Source: a virus
DNA: 64,000 nucleotides
Virus record (IMG/VR): IMGVR_UViG_3300037311_000299
Location: 1-64,000 of that record
Direction: 5' to 3' (one strand)
The notes beneath the pieces were generated by a model that had not been told where the DNA came from, made no database searches, and worked only from the letters and a program-made list of their open reading frames with translations. Each line of letters opens with the position of its first letter. Position 1 is the first letter of the stretch. Positions 16,767 through 24,781 of this stretch are shown here, in pieces. The position numbers and the translations under genes are program-made.

Positions 16767-19670
16767 ATGCAGCTTCACAAGCTTCGATTTTCGAACCTCG
16801 CCTTTGGCGCGGTCGCCAAGAGCCAGCCCGGCGCGCCCTGGGCTGACAAGCAGCGGGTGGTCGACTTCGACGCGATGCCGCAAGGCATCATCCGCATCGC
16901 CGGCCTCAACGGCACCGGCAAGTCCACCATGCTCTCGCTGAGCGGGCCCGGGACACTCTACGGGCGCGACCCGTCTCAGGGCGACGTCTACGGGCTCGCG
17001 GGGGCGGGGCCGAGCTTTTCCGAGATCGAGTTCTCCATGGCGGGCCACCGCTACTTGGCCCGGGTCGACATGTCCCGGGGACTCAAGAGAGCCCGAGGGA
17101 CGGGCGAGCTGTCGGAAAAGAAGAGCCGCGAGTTCCGGCTCTTCCAGGACGGCGAGCTGCTTGCCCAGGGTGAGGCGGGTTACCGCGACGCCGTCGAGGC
17201 GCTCGTGGGGACCAACGAGGACCTCCTGGCCGTGGCGTACCAGCTCCAGCGCAACGCGGAGCACGACGCCCGGACGCTGACGAGCTTCGCGGCGGCGACC
17301 GCCGACCAGCGCGAGGAGATTCTCCGCCGATACATGGGCCTCGAGGCCATCCAGGTGCTCGTGGACCGAGCCACCGAGGAGGCCAAGACCCTCTCGGCAA
17401 AGGTCGCAGACCTTCGCCCCCAGCTCGAGGCAAGCGATGCGGCCAAGCTGCGGCTCGCGGAGCTCACCGAGCGGCGTCCGCAGGCGGCCCAGGCGGCGGC
17501 GGATGCCAAGCGCGAGCTCCAGGGCGCCACCGCAGCCCTTACGGCTGCCAAGGCCGCCCATGCTGAGGCGGTGGGACGGCTGCAGGCGGCTCAGGCGGCG
17601 AAGCGCCGGGTCGACGAGCTGCTCGCCGAGGAAGCGGCCCGGACGGCTGCGGTGGCTGCGGTGGCTTCCGCCGAGAGTCGCCTCGAGGCGGCCAAGGTCG
17701 ACGTCGAGCGCGCCGAGGCGGCTGTCTCCGATGCTGCTCAGCGCCTGGACCTCGCGCGGGCGGCGTCGCAGGACGTGGCAGCACGGGCGGCTGCGTACGA
17801 CCAAGCACGCTCCGCCCGGGACCGGGCGAAGGCTGCCCGAGACGCGGCAGAGGCCGAGCAGCGAAAGGCTGCCGGCCAAGTCTCAGAAGTGACACGGGGC
17901 TGCACCGACACGCGTGGACGCCTCGCCGCAGCGCGAGACGCGCTCACCGGCGCTGAGGCTGCCAGCGCAGCCGCCGGTGAAGCCCTGGCGGCTGCGGCCT
18001 CGGCAGAAGCCAAGGCATCCACCGAGCTGAAGGGCATCGAGCAACAGGGCCAGCAGCTCGCCGAGCAGCGCCAACCTCTGCAATTGGACCTCGACACCGC
18101 GGCGGAGGACGTCACGTCGGCTCGGCTCGCTGTCAATAACGCCACAGCCAAGCGCGCCCAACTCGAGACTCGCGTTACGCACCTCGAGGCGGAGGTGCAA
18201 CGCCTCACGCGGCAGTCGTCACTCTGCGACGCAGTGCCCTGCCATGGAGCGGGTGAGTACGCCGGCTGCCAGCTTCTGGCCGACGCGGTGCAGGCCCGAG
18301 CGCTCCTCGAGGGCCCCACGGCCAAGCTCGCTGAAGCACAGGTCGACCTGAGCGCGGCCGAGCGGGCAGTGACATCGGCCCAGGCGGCGCTCGACCTGGC
18401 CTTCGAGCGGCAGGCAACCGCGAAGGCGGCGCTGGACGCGGCCAGCGAAGCGGCCGAGCCGCTCCGAGCCGCATATCGCAGGGCGCGCGAGGACCATTCG
18501 CTTACCTGCGCAGCCACCGATCAAGCCAGAATGCACGCGGAAAGCGCCAAAGCGCGGCTTGCTGTCTCTCAGACCACCGTCGCAACCCTCGAGGAGCGGC
18601 TGACCGCCCAGGAAGCGGCAATCACCCAGGGCGAGGCCGTAGCCAGCGCAGCCGCGGCGCGGCTCGCCGATGCCGAGCTCCGGCTCGGAGAGGCCGAGGC
18701 CACGCTCGCAGCCACGCCGGCCCCCACGGGCGACGCAGCGCGGGCCTTCGCCGCGGCCCAAGCTGCGGTGGCGAGCGCCCAGGACAGGCTACGGCAGGCC
18801 CAGGCCTTGCGGGATTCGGCGGCGACCGCGCTCGCGGAGGCCTCCGGGCGTCTCGCGCGGGCTCGGGAAGCGAGCGTCGTCTCGCAGGAGCTCGCCGCGG
18901 CCCAGGCTGCGGCCACCGACACCGGCTTCGCTGACGAGCTTTCACGCCTTGCGACGGCGGTCGGCGGGGCGGAGGCCTTCGAGCGGCAGGCCCAGCAGGC
19001 TTTCGAAGCGGCATCCGCAGAGCTACACCGCCTGGACGGGAGCTGCGCTGAGAACGAGCATCGGATTGCCGAGCTCGCGCCCATCGCGACGAGAGCCGAG
19101 GCGCTCGCCACCCAACACCGGCGCACCGTGCGGCTCCGGGATGACCTGGCGCGCCTCATTCGCCTGCGCATCGAGGCCTCCCTAGAGGAGCTCACGAGCC
19201 GCATCAACGGGCTCCTCGAGCACGTGTCGGCGGGGCGCTTCTCGGTGCGCTTCGAGGTCGAGACGGTCACCCAGGCCGGCAAACCCAAGCCGGCCTACTC
19301 GCAGGTGGTCTTCGACGCCCAGACGAACTCCGACCGGGAAGTCCGCCACTACTCTGGCGGCCAGCAGACCATCGTGAGGGTGGCCACCCAGCTCGGGCTG
19401 ATGCTCTACGCCAACTCGCACCGGGCCATTCCGCTTCAGACGGTGTGGCTCGACGAATTCGATTCGGCACTGGATGCCGATGGCGAGTTCCGGCCGGGTG
19501 TGATGGCGCTCCTGCGGGCCTTCGTAGAGACCATGCGGACCACGGTCGGCGACGTGCGGGTGTTGGTGGTTTCGCACGCGCCGGACTTCGACGCGGACTT
19601 CACCTTCCGCGCCGAGACCATCGCCGTGCGCCCCCTCTCCGAGCCCAGCGCTCTGCTGGAGGCCGCATGA
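16767..19670 (+). CDS. sbcC: SbcC/Rad50-family ATPase
   Basis: 967 aa. Walker A GLNGTGKST, very long Ala/Glu/Arg coiled coil with a central Cys cluster, signature HYSGGQQ, Walker B VWLDEFD. Confidence 0.85.
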   Translation: MQLHKLRFSNLAFGAVAKSQPGAPWADKQRVVDFDAMPQGIIRIAGLNGTGKSTMLSLSGPGTLYGRDPSQGDVYGLAGAGPSFSEIEFSMAGHRYLARVDMSRGLKRARGTGELSEKKSREFRLFQDGELLAQGEAGYRDAVEALVGTNEDLLAVAYQLQRNAEHDARTLTSFAAATADQREEILRRYMGLEAIQVLVDRATEEAKTLSAKVADLRPQLEASDAAKLRLAELTERRPQAAQAAADAKRELQGATAALTAAKAAHAEAVGRLQAAQAAKRRVDELLAEEAARTAAVAAVASAESRLEAAKVDVERAEAAVSDAAQRLDLARAASQDVAARAAAYDQARSARDRAKAARDAAEAEQRKAAGQVSEVTRGCTDTRGRLAAARDALTGAEAASAAAGEALAAAASAEAKASTELKGIEQQGQQLAEQRQPLQLDLDTAAEDVTSARLAVNNATAKRAQLETRVTHLEAEVQRLTRQSSLCDAVPCHGAGEYAGCQLLADAVQARALLEGPTAKLAEAQVDLSAAERAVTSAQAALDLAFERQATAKAALDAASEAAEPLRAAYRRAREDHSLTCAATDQARMHAESAKARLAVSQTTVATLEERLTAQEAAITQGEAVASAAAARLADAELRLGEAEATLAATPAPTGDAARAFAAAQAAVASAQDRLRQAQALRDSAATALAEASGRLARAREASVVSQELAAAQAAATDTGFADELSRLATAVGGAEAFERQAQQAFEAASAELHRLDGSCAENEHRIAELAPIATRAEALATQHRRTVRLRDDLARLIRLRIEASLEELTSRINGLLEHVSAGRFSVRFEVETVTQAGKPKPAYSQVVFDAQTNSDREVRHYSGGQQTIVRVATQLGLMLYANSHRAIPLQTVWLDEFDSALDADGEFRPGVMALLRAFVETMRTTVGDVRVLVVSHAPDFDADFTFRAETIAVRPLSEPSALLEAA

Positions 19671-20116
19671 GCGCCCACGCAGCCCCCAGGGCGCGGACGC
19701 AGGAGAGCGCCCAGCTCGGCTGGGGCGTCGTTGCGCGGCGCCTCCGGCCCGACTCCGTCGCGTTTGGCGCGGTGGCGTTAGCCCCCGGACGGGGCGAGGT
19801 GAAGGTCGCGGAGGTCAACCTCATCGTCACGTACGGTGGCGACGCCCTCTCCGCGCTCGAGCCCATGCACGCGGCGTCGGTGGCCTTTTCCTATGCGCTC
19901 GCTCTCGCGGGCGCCATTTGGGTCATGGACTCCGAGTCGGCGGAGCTCCTGCGCGAGTACGTGACCGCCACCGACGCGATCCGAACTTTTCCGGAGATAT
20001 CGGTTTTCTCGGAAATTCCGGGCACGTCCATCGCGCGAAAAGGCGAGATGGCGAGCCTCGAGTTCCGCGAGCTCGCCTTGGCGCTGGCCAAGGAAGCGAA
20101 AAGGAGGCTGCAATGA
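19667..20116 (+). CDS. Hypothetical protein
   Basis: 149 aa. ATGA overlap with the sbcC stop. No motif. Confidence 0.5.
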   Translation: MSAHAAPRARTQESAQLGWGVVARRLRPDSVAFGAVALAPGRGEVKVAEVNLIVTYGGDALSALEPMHAASVAFSYALALAGAIWVMDSESAELLREYVTATDAIRTFPEISVFSEIPGTSIARKGEMASLEFRELALALAKEAKRRLQ

Positions 20117-20496
20117 AAAGGGTCCACATCAAGGCGCTCGCAGCGTTTCACCTCGGCAATATCGTCCCGCTGGCCTTGCAGTGTGATTTGGATTTCGACG
20201 GACGGTCGCTCGACATCAAGTCGCTCAACTTGGCGCTCAGAGACGCAGTGCTCCACTCGGCCTGGAAGGGCGCGTTGCACGAGACATTTGTGTTCGACGG
20301 GCGCCTGTCAATCTCCTCCTCCGGACAAGCCATCTGCTTCACGGGCGAAATCGAGCCCCTCTCCGAGTCGGAGCGGCAGGTGCTCCGGGGAGCGTGCGCT
20401 GATGACGGCACGTCCTGGGTTTACGCGGCACTGGTCGGCGGGGCAGAGATTTCCCTGAATTTCACTGCGGCACAGACGCCGATGGCGGCGGCCTGA
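20113..20496 (+). CDS. Hypothetical protein
   Basis: 127 aa. ATGA overlap with the upstream stop. Confidence 0.5.
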   Translation: MKRVHIKALAAFHLGNIVPLALQCDLDFDGRSLDIKSLNLALRDAVLHSAWKGALHETFVFDGRLSISSSGQAICFTGEIEPLSESERQVLRGACADDGTSWVYAALVGGAEISLNFTAAQTPMAAA

Positions 20497-20497
20497 G

Positions 20498-20932
20498 ATG
20501 AAGGAGCTGGTCTGCATGGCGCTCTTCGCGCTCCGACCGCCAGACACCCACCACGCCGAGGCGATGGAGGTCTGCACGGCGGTCTTTGAGGCTGCGGAGG
20601 CCGCCGGCGAAGACCCCATCGAGCTGGCCGCCCAAGCCGGGCGGGAGTCGGGGTGGCGGTGGAATACGCCCGGCGCCTGCAAGGGCCCGCTGCAGGTCAA
20701 CCCAAGGTACTTTTGCGAGACCGTGCCGTGCGACTTCGTCGCCGCCGGAATCGCTGCTCGGAAGCGATTTCGGTCTGCAATCGTTCGGAGAAATCGCCCG
20801 GACACAAAAATGGAATTGCTGTGTGTCTACCTCCGCGGCTGGGCCCACCCGCCCGGAGAAGCCTGCGCCTACGGGCACAACATCTTGGACTGGACTCGGC
20901 GCGCCCGGCGCGCCGTCGGGGGTGTCTTGTGA
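20498..20932 (+). CDS. Lytic transglycosylase (SLT)-like protein, tentative
   Basis: 144 aa. GRESGWRWN...GACKGPLQV resembles the SLT catalytic E-S ... G-L-M-Q region. Confidence 0.4.
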   Translation: MKELVCMALFALRPPDTHHAEAMEVCTAVFEAAEAAGEDPIELAAQAGRESGWRWNTPGACKGPLQVNPRYFCETVPCDFVAAGIAARKRFRSAIVRRNRPDTKMELLCVYLRGWAHPPGEACAYGHNILDWTRRARRAVGGVL

Positions 20933-20934
20933 AA

Positions 20935-21102
20935 ATGTGGCAAATCCGACTCCAGGCGGGTGAAAGGGTCGAGTCGTTCGACCTACCCGCCAAGGACAAG
21001 CCGAGCGCGGTGGCGCTGGCGATGTGGCTCGGGCGCCTCATGCCCGGGCTCGAGCGGGCGATGGTGGCCTGCGGGGCCGAGACGGCGCTGGTGGTGCCAT
21101 GA
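20935..21102 (+). CDS. Small hypothetical protein
   Basis: 55 aa (or GTG start at 20929 overlapping the upstream stop). Fills the gap between coupled genes. Confidence 0.3.
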   Translation: MWQIRLQAGERVESFDLPAKDKPSAVALAMWLGRLMPGLERAMVACGAETALVVP

Positions 21103-21548
21103 AAGACTGCGACCGCCAACACATCACGGTGGGAATGCAGGTGTTTTACCAGCCTGCACAAAGCCCCTGCAAATACGTGGGTTATGTCGGCACCCCGCCG
21201 CTGCTCATCGGCGACGACTGGTGCGTGACGCTGGTCGGCATGTGTGCCGACTACCAGCGGAAAATGCAGCGCTCGGTCTCCGGGATGGTCCCCATCGCGG
21301 AAATCGAGCCGGTGGGGCTGCTGCCCATCGGCGGAAACTCAATCACGGGGCTTTCCCTGTTGGCCCAGCCGCGAGGCGAGGCGGCCATGTTGTTGCGAGG
21401 CCTCGCCGACCAAGTCGAGCGGGGCAACATCGCGGCTGCTGACATTCGAATGCGCGAGGACGTGCGCGGCTGGGAGATGCACATCACCACCGCTGCGCAG
21501 CCGCCCAAGCGGGAACTCTGGCTCCTCGCTTCCCCGGGGGAAGCATGA
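21099..21548 (+). CDS. Hypothetical protein
   Basis: 149 aa from MKDCDRQHITVGMQVFY. ATGA overlap upstream. Confidence 0.5.
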   Translation: MKDCDRQHITVGMQVFYQPAQSPCKYVGYVGTPPLLIGDDWCVTLVGMCADYQRKMQRSVSGMVPIAEIEPVGLLPIGGNSITGLSLLAQPRGEAAMLLRGLADQVERGNIAAADIRMREDVRGWEMHITTAAQPPKRELWLLASPGEA

Positions 21549-21817
21549 TTTCGGAGCTGATTGCGGCGGCAGAGGCGGCAGTGGAAGGGGCACGCGCGGC
21601 CCAGCAGCGCTGTTTCGAGGCGCGCGAGGCGCTCTACTCGGAGCGGCGTTTCCTCGAGGACTTGGTGAAGGTGCGCGCTCGCGTCGAGGAGCTCGAAGCG
21701 GCAGCCGAGGCGGCGAGCATCAAGCAGGCCATCGCCGAGGCGCGGGCGCAGTCGGCCATTCAGCAGCTCCGGGCTGCGCAATGTGGAGGCGAAAATGCGG
21801 TTGGATTTCGTGCGTGA
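21545..21817 (+). CDS. Hypothetical coiled-coil protein
   Basis: 90 aa. ATGA overlap upstream. Ala/Glu-rich helix. Confidence 0.4.
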   Translation: MISELIAAAEAAVEGARAAQQRCFEAREALYSERRFLEDLVKVRARVEELEAAAEAASIKQAIAEARAQSAIQQLRAAQCGGENAVGFRA

Positions 21818-22784
21818 CGTCGAGGTCAGCATCGCTGCCTGCGAGCGCCAATTGAATTTGTTGCGACAGCAAGCTGCGGCAGTGCAGCAGGAAATCGAGA
21901 AGGGGGAGCGAGCGCTCCGGACATTCCACGAGGCCAAGGCCGCTTTCGAGGCGGCCAAGAAGGAGAGCACGTTTGTCCGGCGTCGCTTTGACCCCGAGAC
22001 CAGCAAGAGCATCCATGCGCGGGCTCTCGCGTGGTTCGCCGAGAACAATGGGGGGCCCACCCAGTGCGCGAAGGCTCTGGGCCTCGAGTACAACACGGTC
22101 CGGAACATCTGGCGTTCCATCAAGACGGCCAAACCCGCCGCCGCTCCCGTCGAGACGCCAAAGGCGAGCCCAACGGAGCACATCCGGGCGAACATCTCGG
22201 CCATGATTGCCGCGGCGCCTGTCCTTCCGCCTCCGCCTCCGCCTCCGTCGCCTCCGCCTCCGCCGGCCGGCGAGGCTTTGACGTCGGCGGACCTCACCGC
22301 GGCGGTCAGGGCCTACGTCCTCGCTCACCCTGGGGCCAAGTCCAAGGAGATCGCGGCAGCTCTGGGCATCAGGCCGCACCAGGCCCGTGGCTACCTGGCT
22401 CACGTCCCCAAGGGGGAGCGGGCCGCGAGCCCACCGGCGGTCGCGCAGAAGACGGCCGAGGCGCCGGTTGAGCAACCCATTGCGGCGACCGCCAAGAAGC
22501 GCTCTGCGCCGGAGGCCTCGCCAGTCGTCGCAGCGCCTCGCAGCGAGTCGAAGCCCTACTGGGAGCCCATCCTCGCGGCTGGTGGCGTCCCCGAGACGAT
22601 CATCGACTGCATCGAAGCGCTCGACGAGTTCGGCGTAGCCAAGCCGGAGTCGAGAATTGCTGGCACGGCGGGAATTACGGTGCCCTACATGCTCAGCACA
22701 AAGAGCCAGAAGGTGCTGAAGCTGGCGCAGGGCCTCGTGATGGACGCCTATCGCGACGCCTGCCAGAGGGCAGCCGTGCAGTGA
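21783..22784 (+). CDS. Hypothetical protein with a poly-Pro linker and HTH-like segments
   Basis: 333 aa. N-terminal coiled coil, PPPPPPPSPPPPP linker, segments such as SKEIAAALGIRPHQARGYL. Start may be 21795. Confidence 0.5.
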   Translation: MEAKMRLDFVRDVEVSIAACERQLNLLRQQAAAVQQEIEKGERALRTFHEAKAAFEAAKKESTFVRRRFDPETSKSIHARALAWFAENNGGPTQCAKALGLEYNTVRNIWRSIKTAKPAAAPVETPKASPTEHIRANISAMIAAAPVLPPPPPPPSPPPPPAGEALTSADLTAAVRAYVLAHPGAKSKEIAAALGIRPHQARGYLAHVPKGERAASPPAVAQKTAEAPVEQPIAATAKKRSAPEASPVVAAPRSESKPYWEPILAAGGVPETIIDCIEALDEFGVAKPESRIAGTAGITVPYMLSTKSQKVLKLAQGLVMDAYRDACQRAAVQ

Positions 22785-23030
22785 GATGGAAGGGCCACTG
22801 CTGCGCGCCCCGGCGCCCGGCAGAGACAAACCCACACAACGAAGGAGGCTACCGATGATGATGCGAGCGCTGGACCTCCTGGAGAAGTGTGTGGACGTGG
22901 CCCGTGACTTCACCGACGCCTACCGCGAGCGCACCGCTGCGCTCACCGCACTCGGCGAAGGGTGCGCGCCAAGGACAGCGGAGCTACACTCGCGCCCGAA
23001 TCGCGGCGCGCGTCCTTGGAGGGAGACGCA

Positions 23031-24224
23031 ATGCCCAAGGGACGAAAGCCCGCAAAGCCGCGGGCCTGGATACGACAGCGAGGAGATGGACGATGGGTGC
23101 TCCTCGTCAGCAATGGAGGCGGCGCTCGCCCGGTCGAAACGCTCCTCCCAGAAGGTTGCTCGGAGAAGCAACGCGCAGCCGCCCTCCGACGGGCGGAGAG
23201 CGAGCTAGCGTCCGGCTCCTGGTGGGTGCCGACGGCGTGGGACGGCGAGGACGGGATGATCGAGCGGTTTGTGGCATCGAGAGTGGAGCGGGGGTGTAAG
23301 CCCAAGACGTGCGCCGGGTATCGGCAGCATCTGACCGCCGCACGCAAGATGTTCGCCGACCGCAACCCGTCCGAGCTCACCCGCGACGACGGGCTGGCCT
23401 ACGTGAAGGCGCGCACGAAGCTCGTTCGTCCCGCCACCGTTCGGCAGGAGCTCGCTGCGATGCGAGTACTGCAGGGGTGGTGCGTCGAGATGGGCTGGGC
23501 TTCCAAGGTAGCCTGGGCGGGAGTGACCTCGCCCAAGGTGACCGACCGGCTCAAGCGTGCAGCGACGACGACGGAGATCGGCCAGCTCATCCGAGCGGCG
23601 GAGCGCCTCGCAAAGGAGCCGCCTGCGGGCTCGCATGCGGACTGGTCGTGGTGGCCGGCGGCGATGGCGCTGATGCTGCATGGCTTGAGGGCCTCCGAGG
23701 TGTTGGCTCGAAGGGCCGGCGATGTGGAGTTCCACACCGGCCCCGAAGGCGACGTTGCGGTGGTTCTCGTGCGGACCTCGAAGTCTTCGGCCGGTGTGCG
23801 AGCTGTGCCCGTGACGTCCGCCTGGGCGGTGCAGGTGCTGCACGACGTGGTCGATGGGCTCAAGCCATCCGACCCGCTGTTCTGTGCGGGTGCAGAGGAG
23901 ACGCGCGGGGTGGCTCGGGCGCATCGCACGCCTTTCGCAACGGTCGCAGTTCTGCGCAATCGGTTGCGAATGACGTGTGTCGAGGGCGGAGTGGACCCCG
24001 AGGGGCTCTGCGCTCACGCGCTGAGGCACACGGCAGTCACACAGGCGTTGGCGTCGGGTGGTGTGGCGACACACTCGGTGATGCGGATGGCGGGTCACTC
24101 CCGCGCATCGGTGACGGAGGGTTACGTTCACGCGACCATGACGCACGCGCTCCCGGCTTCTACGGCCGTGGGGCGGGTGCTGGATGCGGCTCGGATGGGT
24201 CGGACGGTGCTTCGAGGAGTGTAG
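23031..24224 (+). CDS. int: Tyrosine recombinase / phage integrase
   Basis: 397 aa. ATG preceded by GGAGGGAG. Catalytic signature GLRASEV (Arg), HALRHTAVT (His-x-x-Arg), GYVH (Tyr). ORF 22962..24224 trimmed to the ATG at 23031. Confidence 0.9.
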   Translation: MPKGRKPAKPRAWIRQRGDGRWVLLVSNGGGARPVETLLPEGCSEKQRAAALRRAESELASGSWWVPTAWDGEDGMIERFVASRVERGCKPKTCAGYRQHLTAARKMFADRNPSELTRDDGLAYVKARTKLVRPATVRQELAAMRVLQGWCVEMGWASKVAWAGVTSPKVTDRLKRAATTTEIGQLIRAAERLAKEPPAGSHADWSWWPAAMALMLHGLRASEVLARRAGDVEFHTGPEGDVAVVLVRTSKSSAGVRAVPVTSAWAVQVLHDVVDGLKPSDPLFCAGAEETRGVARAHRTPFATVAVLRNRLRMTCVEGGVDPEGLCAHALRHTAVTQALASGGVATHSVMRMAGHSRASVTEGYVHATMTHALPASTAVGRVLDAARMGRTVLRGV

Positions 24225-24237
24225 GGGTCCGTCCAAT

Positions 24238-24251
24238 TTCGACGGATAAAC
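24238..24251 (+). repeat. Arm-type direct repeat TTCGACGGATAAAC (copy 1)
   Basis: TTCGACGGA recurs at 24392 and 24413. The copies flank the tRNA-derived core. Confidence 0.5.
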
Positions 24252-24255
24252 GACG

Positions 24256-24287
24256 GACGCCCCGGTAACGCGAGCTACCGGGGCGTC
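24256..24287 (+). terminator. 12-bp perfect stem-loop after int (GACGCCCCGGTA-N8-TACCGGGGCGTC)
   Basis: Perfect inverted repeat 32 nt after the int stop. No clear U-tract. Confidence 0.45.
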
Positions 24288-24306
24288 GAAAAGTACGGCA
24301 GGATAG

Positions 24307-24356
24307 TGGAGCTGAGGGGGATCGAACCCCTGACCTCCTGAATGCCATTCAAGGCC
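24307..24356 (-). other. att core: 3' ~50 nt of a tRNA-Ala(GGC) gene (anticodon arm to discriminator); not an intact tRNA
   Basis: The minus strand reads CTTGA-ATGGCAT-TCAGG (anticodon arm, GGC), AGGTC, AGGGG-TTCGATC-CCCCT (T arm), CAGCTCC-A (acceptor with U70). No D arm or 5' acceptor strand lies upstream. Confidence 0.8.
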
Positions 24357-24391
24357 AAGATTTAGGCGCAGCCGTCTTTTCGGGCACTTTC

Positions 24392-24400
24392 TTCGACGGA
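24392..24400 (+). repeat. Arm-type direct repeat TTCGACGGA (copy 2)
   Basis: Same 9-mer as at 24238 and 24413. Confidence 0.4.
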
Positions 24401-24412
24401 AGCGTGCCGCGA

Positions 24413-24426
24413 TTCGACGGATAGAC
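24413..24426 (+). repeat. Arm-type direct repeat TTCGACGGATAGAC (copy 3)
   Basis: 13 of 14 nt identical to copy 1, on the other side of the core. Confidence 0.5.
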
Positions 24427-24469
24427 GGCGGCGCCGGCCTTCTCGCTCGCACAAGACTTGGAGGAACGC

Positions 24470-24781
24470 ATGGCTTCGCGAAAGCGGGACCTGCGCCTCT
24501 GCCTTGGGTGCGGCGAGCCGCTCGATCCGGGGCAGCGCTGGTGCAGGGGCACGGATTGCCCGGAACTGGAGCTCGCACGGCTGCAAGAAGCCGGGGCGCG
24601 GGTGGGCGTGGAGCTCCGGGATGGCTTTACGTCAGGACTCCCGCATGGTGGCTGGCGCGCCGTCGGTGCTGACGACGACGGACTGTTGTCGGTGGTCGAA
24701 GCCGGCCCCCGCCGCGGCGCGGTGCTCGCTGCGATCGCCATGGCTTCGAGCGCGGAGCACTGGCCGGCGAGTGCGCCATGA
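24470..24781 (+). CDS. Small zinc-ribbon protein
   Basis: 103 aa. GGAGGA upstream. CLGCG...WCRGTDC. Its stop overlaps the methyltransferase start (ATGA). Confidence 0.5.
   Translation: MASRKRDLRLCLGCGEPLDPGQRWCRGTDCPELELARLQEAGARVGVELRDGFTSGLPHGGWRAVGADDDGLLSVVEAGPRRGAVLAAIAMASSAEHWPASAP

Noticed and set aside
16452-17879. 475-aa minus-strand ORF
   Set aside because: It is antisense to the SbcD/SbcC genes, which have clear catalytic motifs. Its composition is low complexity.
21251-22913. Minus-strand ORFs 21251..22297 (348 aa) and 21720..22913 (397 aa)
   Set aside because: They are antisense to a run of translationally coupled plus-strand genes. They are Arg/Gly/Pro-rich and have no start-context support.
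22855-23208. Possible excisionase-like small gene (MMMRALDLLEKCVDVARDF...) upstream of int
   Set aside because: It has a good SD, but after about 35 codons the translation turns Arg/Ser/Pro-rich. The ORF would also overlap the integrase gene by 177 nt. It may be a shorter real peptide or a sequencing frameshift, and the evidence is insufficient.
24300-24390. Intact tRNA gene next to the integrase
   Set aside because: Only the region from the anticodon arm to the 3' acceptor strand is present. The upstream sequence (AAATCTTGGC...) cannot form a D arm or a 5' acceptor strand. It was called as an att core fragment instead.
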